Origin: Hemiscyllium ocellatum
Taxonomy: Eukaryota
Length of the DNA stretch: 64,000 bases
Direction of reading: 5' to 3'
Assembly (NCBI RefSeq): GCF_020745735.1
Contig: NC_083418.1
Span: 25,809,776 to 25,873,775, forward strand
Made by a program: the position numbers and the translations under genes. Below are positions 49,152 to 60,639 of this stretch, piece after piece. Numbering within the stretch: the first letter of the stretch is position 1; each line of letters opens with the position of its first letter. The notes below the pieces were generated by a model that saw only the letters and a list, made by a program, of their open reading frames with translations, was not told where the DNA came from and searched no databases.

Positions 49152-49174
49152 AGTTCTAATGTAAGGCATGTACC

Positions 49175-50024
49175 CTTGACAAAGAACAGTACAGGCCCTT
49201 CGGCCCTTGATATTGTGTTGATCTTTTATCCTACTCTAAGTTCAAACTTGCCATCGTACCCTTGGTTTTACTACCCTCCATGTGCCTATCCAAGGGTTGC
49301 TTCAATGTCCCTAATGTATCTGACTCTTCTACCACTGCTGGCAGTGCATTCCACCACTCTGTGAATAACCCACCTCTGACATCTCCCCTAAACCTTCCTC
49401 CAACCACCTTAAAATATGCCTCCTTGTAATAGCCATTTCTGTCCTGGCAAATAGTGTCTGACTATTCACTCTATCTATGTGTCTCATCATCTTATACACC
49501 TCTACCAAGTCGCCTCTCATCATTTTGTACACTGTTGTGAAACTTGAAAGGGTTCAGGACAGATTTACAAGCATGTTGCCAGGGTTGGAGGATTTGAGCT
49601 GTAGGGAGAGGCTGACTAGGCTGGGGCTGTTTTCCATGGAGTGCCGGATGCTGAGGGGTGACCTTATAGAGGTTTATAAAATCATGTGGGGCATGAATTG
49701 GATAAATAGACCAAGTCTTTTTCCTGGGGTGGGGAGTTCAGAACTAGAGGGCATTGCTTAGGGTGAGTGGGGAAAAATATACTAGGGGCAACTTTTTCAC
49801 ACAGAGGGTGGTACGTGTATGGAATGAACTGCCAGAGGAAGTGGTGGAGGCTGGTACAATTGCAACATTCAAAAGGCATCTTGATGAGTATATGAATAGG
49901 AAGGGTTTAGAGGATATGGTCCAATTGCTGGCAAATGGGACTAGATTATGTTGGGATATCTGGTCGGCATGGACGAGTTGGACCGAAGGGTCTATTTCCG
50001 TACATCACTGTGATTCTATGACTG
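49175..50024. mobile_element. Two abutting CR1 3' fragments in opposite orientation
   Basis: Minus-strand piece at about 49175-49525 and plus-strand piece at about 49533-50024 (KLERVQDRFTSMLPGL, VWNELPEEVVEA). Confidence 0.8.
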
Positions 50025-51984
50025 TATCAAGTCGTGCCTCATCCTTTGTTCCAAGACCTTCTACTTCAGATAATGTATCTTCAAGCTAACACTGAATAGT
50101 AATCTTTTTTTTAAAGCAACTAGGTTCCACACAGTAGGTCTGAAATAGCCAAAGGTTCTGCTACCACTGATGGGGAAATGAAAAACAGTTAGACCAAAAT
50201 CTGGATCTTAGCGAGAAATGATTTGAGGCTGAAACGGATGCAGAAGTACAAGAGGAGAATTTTTTTTTCAGTTGATGAAACGGGTAGTATTGTTGGTTAA
50301 CTAGGTCGAACTTAACTGTGATTAGGACAGGGTACGTGCACAGTATTTGCCACATTTTGGAGATTAGGTGATAATGTTGTGGTTGGGCTGACACCATTTA
50401 ACTGATGCCAGTTTCCTATCCCTACTCATCCCTTTTGTACCAGGGATATCCTGTTTGTCTGTACCTTAAATCTCTGCGATGCAGCCCTTTCACTTCCTTG
50501 AATGACCATGTTGTTTCTGCACTTTGTCTTTGAGAGTCTATACTAGGTTACAACTCTGCCTGCTAGTTAGTCTGCTGTGGTTCTGTTCTACAAAATCAGT
50601 TGGTTTACAGTAATGTCTGTTTCATAACTTGTAATATGTTTTACTATTCTCAATAAACTGACCTACAGATGTAGGGTCGAGAGTGTGGTGCTGGAAAAGC
50701 ACAACAGGTCAGGCAGCTTCTGAGGAGTAGGAGAATCGGCATTTGGGCATAAGCTCTTCATCAGAAATGAGGCTTGTGGGCTGGGGGGTGGTGGGGGTGC
50801 TGAGAGATGGATGGGGAAGTTGGGCGGAAGGTAGCTGAGAATGTGATAGGTAGATGAAGGTCTCAAACTCGGACAAGTCAAGAGGGCAGTGCCATCACCT
50901 TTCCCATCTAATCGCTCCACACTCTGTCTGGACCTATCACCTCCTCTTCCAAGGTGGAATATGACCGAAGATGTAGTCAGTCCCTGACAGGCAATTGATC
51001 ATTGGTCTATAACCATTAATATGACAGACCAGACCCCATCTTCTGCCACCTGTCTCTGCCTGTCTTTGATTAAATGTTCTTCCACTAAATATCTGCTTTG
51101 CGTTCTCTTGCTTTCTCCATTGAAAGGATGCCATATTGCAGGACCTTGAGTCTTCAGACTGCCAGCTTTTATTTTTGTGGAATTATGTGGGACATTTCTT
51201 GTTTAGTCTTCATTGGGTCTCCTCTCTTGCCTCTTTTTCCAATAGATTGTATTGTTTCTGCTTCATGGTCTTTCCCAAAACTAAAACTTGCATTAACTTT
51301 ACCTCCAAATTTTACCTTTTCCCTACTTCCATCCATCACTAATGCTTCTCACTCTTTTGTCCGTTTCTGCGACTTGGTGCTGACCAATATCCACCATTAG
51401 CCCATTTACACCAACTGTTAGCTTGATTATACTTCTTTCCCAAAACAGCTCTTACAGTAGCCCATCTTTTGATTAGACAATGATCATGGAGTGCAACAGT
51501 AGCAGATTATATCCGTGGCTCCAACTATTTTTAGATAATGGGATCTGCTCATAATTCTTTTGCTGCTATCTACAGTCTTTCTAGACCTATCTTTTATTAA
51601 GAAAGAACATCAAAGGACAAAATAGATAGAGGTTCAAAAAGTGAGTAATGAAATAAACTTGCAAAACGTATCAAAATTCCGAAGATAATTTTTACTATTA
51701 TCCTTGGAAAAGAGAATGGTCGGGAGCATCCTTGGAAATTGATAGGGTGCCATTGTCAATAAAACATGAAATGAAAGAAATGTGGAATAACAGAAATTAC
51801 ATATTCATTTTCCAGCTCTGACCAAGATTACAGATTTCAATCAGCTGTTGTTTCTTTCTCCACAGTTGCTTCCTGATCTGGTTGATATTTCCAATGTTTT
51901 ATGTTTCCAGTATCTTCAGGATTTTGTCTTTGCTAGTAGGGAGGATTTTGTTTTGAAATCCCTTTGTTACCCGATCCCTCATTT

Positions 51985-52392
51985 TCTAGACAGTCATCGA
52001 GTTGTACACCACGGAAACAGACCCTATAGCCCCACTCGTCCATGCTGATCAGATATCCTAAATTAATTTAGTCCCATTTGCGAGCACTTGGCCCGTATCC
52101 CCCTCAGCCTTTCCTATTCATGTCCCCATGCAGATGCCTTTTAAATGTTGCAATTGTACCAGCCTCTACCACTTCCTCTGGCAGCTCATTCCATACACGT
52201 ACCACCCACTGCATGAAAAAGTTGCCCCTTTTTAAATCTTTTCCCCCTCACCGTAAACCAAGGCCCCGTAGTTCTGGACTCCCCCATCCCAGGGAAAAGA
52301 CCTTGCCTATTTACCCTAACCATGCCCCTAATGATTTTATAAGCTTCTATAAGGTCACCCCCACCTGTCTTCCGACGCTCCAGTGAAAACAG
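51985..52392 (-). mobile_element. CR1 LINE 3' fragment
   Basis: Reverse complement of the CR1 3' end seen elsewhere in the window. Confidence 0.85.
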
Positions 52393-55300
52393 CGTCTTTG
52401 ATCTTTTCCAGCATGATTTCTGTACTTCTCCAGATCAGACCTCTTGCTTAACTCTGATTTTCATCCATCTGGTGCTACTGGATGAATCTAAAGGTGTCTT
52501 GGGCCTAAGCTCTGAATTCTCTCCCAAACCCTTTGACCTTACTTTCTGCCCTTAAAGTTCTGCCTAAAATCGATCTCTCAGGGCAACCAATTTCAAATAT
52601 AAACAGGAGGTTCTGGAGAAATTAAGCAAGTCTGATCCCATCTGTGGAGAGAGAAACAGCATTAATGTGGGTGATCTTTGGACAAACTGGTTTTAGTTTT
52701 GGCACTCATTTCAGTTCTGAAAGATAATTTTTCAGAAAACCCAATGTTACCGTTGATTCTCCCTGCATAGATGTTGCCACATCTACTGAGTTTCTATAGC
52801 AGCACTTTGTTTTTGTTTCAGATCCCTGGCTTCCACTTTGCTTCTAATCTCTCTGTATTTGGCTTATTTTCAAGTCCCCATAAAATGCTTTTGCCATTTT
52901 GACACATAGTACTATATACTGGAAATGAAAATTGTTGTAGAGTGGTGAGGAAGGTTGCAGAGGTGGATACAAGTGATTGTTCGTGGTCATGGATAGGAGG
53001 CAGGTTGTAAAGGTTTGAATGTGCCAAGATGGCTAATGCTGTAACTGTACCTGTACCTGAGAGTGGCTGGGAAGGGGAATGAAGCTGATGGCATGTGAAT
53101 GATGACTGAAGGCAGTGTCTTTGAACTGTTATTGAGCCAGAGAATGTTATAATCAGCGCAAGATTTTAAGTTGACTAATCAATGTGACAGAAGTGAAGCG
53201 ATGAGGGTCTCTGAGATGTGAAGGGATACAGCGAGTTCCATAAAAACATATCATTTACCAGCAGTGTTTTATTTGTGTTTGATAAACTGAATAGTGCAAT
53301 TGCAAATTTGTATTTTAAGTTTTTTGTTTTATTAATCACATTGAGGGATGTCAGTGCTGTGAAACAGAATATCTTCCATTTCACAGATTCACTTCCAGAT
53401 TTGAGCATTGCCTTTACTTCATTACCTTTGCACTATCAGACAGCTTGCCCATCCTCCCGCCCTGCATAATGGTAGCATTCTGTAACCTAAGTTTGAGGAA
53501 GTCTCCAGCCTTTTTTTCCAGTCCATAACCACTGGACTTCATTCTCCTCCTCAGTCAATTGCAGGTTGTACCAGAGTGCCTATATTTTAGCTGTGTTTTT
53601 GCCTCCTTAACCTCTTGTCAAAGGTCACTGACCTTCAGTAAAGCAACATAAGCTTTCACTCACAATTGGTTTTAAATCAAGGTCATAGAGTCATAGAGAT
53701 GTACAGTACAGAAACAGACCCTTCAGTCCAACTCGTCCATGCTGACCAGATATCCCAACTCCATCTAGTCCCATCTGCCAGCATCGTGTATGACCCATCT
53801 CCAGGGTGGGTGGGAATTGAACTCAGATTTTTGGGCTCAGACGTAGAGACACTACTGCCGCACCCCAAGACCCTAAGCTTGCCCTTGTGTATGGCCTTTA
53901 ATGTAAACAAGAGGACGATCTGCCAAAACCACACTAACAACTGTTCAGCATAATAAAACTGCAAGGGAAACTTCTTGAACAGAAAACAATTAATGAAGAA
54001 ATTAGTTTTGATTGAGAAAATAAGGGTTAGTTATTGAAACTCACCTCAATTAGGTGTTTAGATAGGGTTGACCATGAGAACCTTTTTCCACGTATGGAAT
54101 CAGATATTACGAGGGGGCATAGCTTTAAATTAAGGGATGGTAGGTATAGGACAGATGTTAGGGGTAGATTCTTTACTCAGCGAGTCGTGAGTTCATGGAA
54201 TGCCCTGCCAGTAACAGTGGTGGACTCTCCCTCTTTATGGGCATTTAAACGGGCATTGGATAGGCATATGGAGGGAAGTGGGCTAGTGTAGGTTAGGTGG
54301 GCTTGGATCGGCGCAACATCGAGGGCCGAAGGGCCTGTACTGCGCTGTATTTTTCTATGTTCAATTCTTTATGGAAAATGCACTGGATTAACTTAAAATT
54401 CATTGCAGTATTGGAGAGGGTTGATCAGGAGAATATAATAATGTTGTATATAAACTTTCCACAGCATTTCAGAAAGCATTGCATAATAGACTTGTCAACA
54501 AATTTACAAACTGTGACATTAACGGACTGAGGCAGCATGTCTATAAAACTTTTAAGTTACAGAAAGCAGTGTACATGCTTATTTTTCAAACTGGAGAGTG
54601 ATTTTTCAATGGTGCCCCTCAGGATTTCTATTATAATAACTGATTTTTTTTTTCATGTACATTCACGACCTGGACATGGATATACAGCGTATAATTTCAA
54701 AGGGTGGGAGGTTATAGGGGTCTGAGCAACATGGACTTTGGCAGAATTAGACAAGAAGGATGAGGATGAGGCCCATTTTGACATCACCTATGTTTTTAAC
54801 TGGTAGTGTGGTGAGAATTGTGAAGAAATTAATTATGGTCAGATCATTTAGGAGTGAAAATTTAAAGTAAGTAGTTATGCTAGAAGTTAGTGGAAGGTCT
54901 GACCACTGTGTTAAGTTCTGGAGTTGTTTTCTTTAAAGTAGTGAAGAATTGGGGTGATCGGATAGAGATGTTCAAAGTCATGAAAAACTCAGATCATTGA
55001 GGATGGTCAGGTCTGTGGGACAATGTGGAATAATTGAGTGAATGTAAGGACAATCTCATGGACAGGATGAGTTTGATTATCCATCTTAACATCTACTTAT
55101 GCTCTTTGGTTTCAGATTCTGTTTGATAATGTTCCTGTGAAGCATCTTGGGATCCCCTTGATGGATCTATGCAAATGTAAGTTCCTGTTATTACAGCTGT
55201 TGCTTGCTATTTTTGATTAATTATAATTTTTTTTTGCATTTGGTGGTTGAGGTTGACTAGGAGCTGGAATGATAAGTCCAAATTCAATGCATAAGATACT

Positions 55301-56494
55301 CTTACAGCCAGATGCCAGAGGGGATTTTCATCCTATTATATGTCAGCCTTGGTTCATGCCATCACTTTCCAAGGTACGTTCCCTCTCCAGAGACAGAACT
55401 GCAACGGTATTGATTGCCACTTGTCTGAAGTACTGAGTGAGTGTTATGGTATACAGGTGGACTACATTAAGAGCACTTTACCTGAATACAGATTTTTAAA
55501 AATAGTTGGTTTCAAGGTACATGTAGAAGGAAATTAGTGTTATCTTATTGCCATTTTGTAAACAATAATGCAGAATGGCCATGTTGAGGACCTGAATATC
55601 AAAGAATTTTTGATTTTAAGAAGGACAGGCAGACAGAAAAATGGGATGCAGTTGTGCTGGTAATAAAACTGATGGTGCTGGTTCTGGACTGGGGTGGACA
55701 ACATTAAAAATCACACAACACCAGGTCACAAGTCCAACAGGTTTATTTGGAAGTACAAGCTTTTGGAGTGCTGCTCCTTCGTTAGGTAGCTAACCTAGTG
55801 TTGGGTAATAAAGATGGGATTGGGATAAAGGCATATAACGTTATTACCATTTATGGATTTGGGCGTTTAGAACAAAAGCAGATACATTTCTAAGACATCA
55901 GGTTGGCATTTGGAAAAGTGACTAAATACAGAAATTTTTAAAAAGCCTATGATTTAGTCTATGCCTAGTCAGATACCTGTGTGATAAATGATGAAAGATT
56001 TCTACAGCTGAGTTTAAGACACACCGGCAATGATCAGAGGACACTGGTGGTTTAGTTCAAGTTCAGTTCATAGGAATCAGGCTTGTGTTTCATACGAGGA
56101 GAAGAATCGGGTTTTAGTTGAAGACAGCAGTCACACCCTGGCAGAAGTGTTTTAGTTTTGTCAAGTTTCCAGCTGTAAGAGTTTGCAGAGAAGTTTTCCA
56201 CTGATCAGAATTGAAAAGAGATTTTGGGGATCAGAACTGGAAGAACCTTTTAAAACTGTTTCAGCAGTCCCTGACGAAGACTTGAAAGAGTGGGTTAAGA
56301 AATTAAAGCTTTAAGATTTTTCTGGGATTGAGTATCTGAAAACATTATTGCTTGGAGGAAGGATATATTTGTGTTTTACTATTTATATTAATGTCTTTTT
56401 TTAAATTGACCTATGTATACATTTAAATAGCTTTACTTTTCTCCTTTTGTTAAATAAACTTGTGTGTAGTCTTACATTAGTAACCAGTTATAAA

Positions 56495-57760
56495 GGATGG
56501 GATAAAAGGACAGTTGGATAATAATGATCAGATTAGGTATAGTCAACATGGATTTGTGAATGGGAAATTATGTGTAGAGCTCATGGAATTTTTGTAAGGG
56601 TACTACCAACATAATTTATAAAGAGGAGTTGATGGATGAAATACAGTTAGATTTTCAAAAAGGTTTTGAAAATGTCCTGACAGGAGATTGGCTAGCAAAT
56701 GTGAAGTACATGGGAGAGGGATTATATTCTGGCATGGATTAAGAATTGGTTAACCGGCAGAAATCAAATGGTTCATTTTCCTTTTGGTTGGTTCGTAAGG
56801 TGCTACAAGGATCAGCACTTGTACCCCAGCTGTTAACAATCTGTGTCAATTATTTGGATGTGAGGACTAAACATAATATTTCCAGGTTTTCAGAAGACAC
56901 AAAGTTCATGTACTGTCAGGAAGATGCATAGTGGCTTCAAGAGAATTTGAAGAAACCGCTAATAGACAAGAAGATGCCAGATAGAATATGATGTTAAAAA
57001 AATCGTGAGTCATCCACTTTGGTAGGAAGAACAAATTTGCAGGGTATTCCCTCAGTGGTAAGAGGTTGGGAAATGTCGATGTACAAATGGACTTGGACGT
57101 TTTGGAATAAATCACTGAAGGCTAGGACGTGGTGCCACAAGGTGTTGGGAAGGCTAATGGAGTGTTGATCTTTATTACAAGAGGATACAGGAGTAGCAAG
57201 GTCTTGCTGCAATTGTTTGGAGCCTTCGTTATATTGCACATAGAGAGGTGTGCACAGATTTGGTCCCCTTGCCTTAGAAAGGAGATTGCTGTTGAGGGAA
57301 TTTATCATACAGTCACCAGACTTGTTCTTGTGATAGCAGGACTGTCCTATGAATAGATAGGAGAAACAGAGCCTGCATTCTTTTTGGTTTCAAAGATTCA
57401 GAAGTGACCTATTGAAACCTGCAAAATGTTTGAAGGGCTAGACAGGGTAGATGCGTGTGAGATGTTGGCTCTAATTGGGGACTAGAGAACCAAGAGACAC
57501 CATTTCTAAAGTGGAGATGCCACTTAGGACAGTAATGAGAAGAATTCTTTTTTAAATCCAGAGGATTGTGAATCTTTGAAAATCTGTCCTGCAGAGGACT
57601 ATGAAAGCTGAGCTATTTATGCTTAAAGTAAAATTTCTAAATGTAAAGGGTTGGGTGGAGCGGAAAAAGGCATTGAAGAGGATGATCAGCCATGATCAAA
57701 TTGCAGGGTGGAGCAGGCTCAGTAGACTGAATGATCTGCCACTCCTCCCTTTTTGTTATT
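56495..57760 (+). mobile_element. Old CR1 LINE RT/3' fragment
   Basis: Degenerate RT motifs (VLQGSALVPQL, RFSEDTK) and tail. Confidence 0.7.
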
Positions 57761-58777
57761 TATTCCTATTGGCACAAGTCAACACCTGTGACAGCTCCTT
57801 CCAAACAGTAAACTCCTACCACCGAGAAAGACAAGGACGTAGTTACTAAGAATACTAACCACACGCTACCTGCAAGTTTCCCTCCAAGCCACAGATCATG
57901 CTGAAATGGAGCTATATTCTTGTTCCTTCATTGTCATTGTCACAAAATTCTAGAACTACTCCTTTGACAGGGTGTGCCTACATCACATGGACTGCAGTGG
58001 TTCATGAATGCAGTTTTCACCAGCTTTTCAGAGGAATTTAGGGGTGTGTGCTAAATGCTGACCTAGCTAGCAATGCTCAACTCCCATGAGAGGATGAAAA
58101 AGTCTCCTGAGTGGCCTGTCCAATACATATCCCTTAGATAATAACTAAACCAGATGATCTGGCCGTTTATTTAATTGCAGCTTGGAGATCTTGCCTGTAT
58201 GCAATGTGGCTGCCAGATTTCCCAAATTGCTGCAATGGCTACATTTCACATGTCCTTTTTTATTTGAACCTGCTTTGTGCGAATCCAACATAAAAATAAA
58301 TTTCTCCTTGTCAGCACACACCGTGCCTTTTCATATACATCAGGTGAGTCACAGAGTCATACAGCAGAGAAACAGGCCCTTTGGCCCAACCAGTCCATGC
58401 CAATGTAGTTTCCTAAATTGAACTAGTCCCACTTGCCCATATCCCGCTTAACCTTTCCTATCAAAGTATCTGTCCAAATGTCTTTTTAATGCTGTAATTG
58501 TACCTACGAAGTGAAGTGAATTTTATTATTTCCTCACTGAATAACCTGTCCGCATCTCCCCATGAACAAGTTACTGGAAAGCTATGGACCGTCCTCCAGT
58601 GTGGATTAGCCCTTTCAATTTGGAGAACAAACTAGAGAACGTACGTAATATAATTTTTTTTGCCCTAGCTTGAAGTACCACAAATGTATTAATTTTCAGC
58701 TCTCTCGTTTTGCCAATTATTTAGGCTGCAGCCCATTCTCAAGGGAGAAATCTTGTGAAAAACACCTGATGTCTAAC

Positions 58778-58797
58778 CGACATGTTGGAACATGCAT
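58778..58797 (+). promoter_or_regulatory. Candidate p53 response element in PIDD1 5' UTR
   Basis: CGACATGTTG GAACATGCAT: two RRRCWWGYYY half-sites with zero spacer and both CATG cores intact (17/20 match), 26 nt upstream of the ATG. Confidence 0.7.
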
Positions 58798-58823
58798 CTC
58801 TCAAAGCTGAGCGATGGTAAAAG

Positions 58824-59067
58824 ATGGCTGAATCGATGCCTGGGGAAGCCGGCAATATTGGCAATGCAGATGTGCACTTGGCAGATAACCGATTGAATTT
58901 AGATGTATTCCCGAACAGCACCGTCCGATTTTCGGTATTGTACAAAACACGCAAAGCAGAGGTGCAACAGGTCGAGTTTCTGCGTCTAAACTGCAATGAA
59001 GAGCAAATTGATTCATCACTTGCCATCATTCCTGAACTAAGGCGACTGAAATCACTTGTACTTAAAG
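58824..59067 (+). CDS. PIDD1: p53-induced death domain protein 1, first coding exon
   Basis: MAESMPGEAG...LADNRLNLDVFP...QQVEFLRL...LKSLVLKG matches the PIDD1 N-terminus (human NRLSLDLYP...QVEFLRL...LRSLVLKG, recalled). It ends at donor G|GTAATA (59068); a candidate acceptor TTATTTAG| lies at 58724. Head-to-head with RPLP2, as in human. Confidence 0.9.
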
Positions 59068-59679
59068 GTAATATCAGTAGATTCAGTGAGATAGTTGTAC
59101 AAATACATGCCCATCACTCGCACTTCCCTTTCTGATTAATTATAAATAAGTAATTATTTTTAATTTTTTTGAAGTGGCATATTATGTGATTTTCTTCAAG
59201 TAATTATGTTTTTTTTAAACTGAAGTTAGACCCTAATTTGCTGCATGTTAGATATTTTTCATAGCTGAGTACCATATGAAATGTAGAAATCTGGGACCCT
59301 GAATTGCACCAAGCTTTTACGAATTTAAATTGTTTTTCCTTTTCAATTTGCAAAGTATTATTGCTCACATTGAGCCTTATATTTTGAACAGCGATTGAAT
59401 ATTTCAGAATTAATTTGAATAACTGAATCGTGAAATATTCTTGAGATTATTTAGAGTTGATGACCTGTTTGTATATGACGATGTAACTCCTATGGTTTCC
59501 TGTCACGCATGATAGAATTTGATTTGATTTGATATCTTTCAGTTTTAAAGGATGGGAGGGAACTTTGTGAAGCATTGTAGAAGCAAGCACCTTAGAACAT
59601 GTTTACTAACCTACTGGCTTTGTTGTTACAGTCCTCTGGATAGCTATCATTGTATTCCAGTATGCTCAGATTTAGAACA

Positions 59680-60618
59680 ATGTGGGGAGATGTGAGTTTA
59701 TGTACTTTGGCAGGAAGAACAGAGGAGTTGAATATTACTTAAATGAAGAAAGACTGTAGAAATCTGAGGAAGTGAAGGATTTGGGAGTTTTCATCCAGGA
59801 TTCACAAAGCAACTATAAGTTCAATGGGTAATAGGGAAAGCTAATGGAATCACATACAGAAATTGCTGGAAAAGCTCAGCAGGTCTGACAGCATATGTAG
59901 AAAGAAATCAGAGTTAACGTTTCAGGTGGGGTGTGTTTTTGTTACTGATTTCCAACATATGCAGTTCTTTCGCTTTTATTATGCAAATAAGACATTGGCC
60001 TTTTTATTTCGTAGGGAATGGAGTATAAAATTAGGGAGGATTTGTTCATCCCAGGCAACAGCTACAATACTGTGAACAGTGTTGGGTCACCTATCTAAGG
60101 AAATATATACTGGAAACTGAACTTTCTCTGCACTAGACTGGTACTAGGTGTGGGAAACAGTCTTATGTGGTGAGGTTGAGCCTGTACCCGTTGGAATATA
60201 GAAGAACAAAGCAACTTTATTTTTAAGCTAAGAGAGTCTCATGGGACTTGACAGGGTAGACGCAGAAAGTTTGGCTCATGTTGCCAGGATTGGAGCTACA
60301 GGGAGAGGTTGAACAGGCTGGGGATGTTTTCCTTGGAGCGTTGGAGGCTGAGGGGTGACCTCATAGAGGTTTATAAAATCATGAGGGGCATGGATAGAAT
60401 AAATAGATAAGGTCTTTTCCCTGGGATGGGAGAGTCCAGGGCATAGGTTTATGGTGAGAGGGGAAAGATATAAAAGGGACCTAAGGGCACTTTTTTCATG
60501 CAGAGGATGGTACATGTATGGAATGAGCTGCCAGAGAATGTGGTGGAGGCTGGTACAATAACAACATTTTAAAAGGCATTTGGATGGGTATATGAATAGG
60601 AAGGGTTTAGAGGGATAG
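59680..60618 (+). mobile_element. CR1 LINE fragments (old and young) in PIDD1 intron
   Basis: Degenerate RT C-terminal sequence, then a younger 3' piece at 60277-60618. Confidence 0.7.
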
Positions 60619-60639
60619 AACATTGATGTTGTGCCTACC

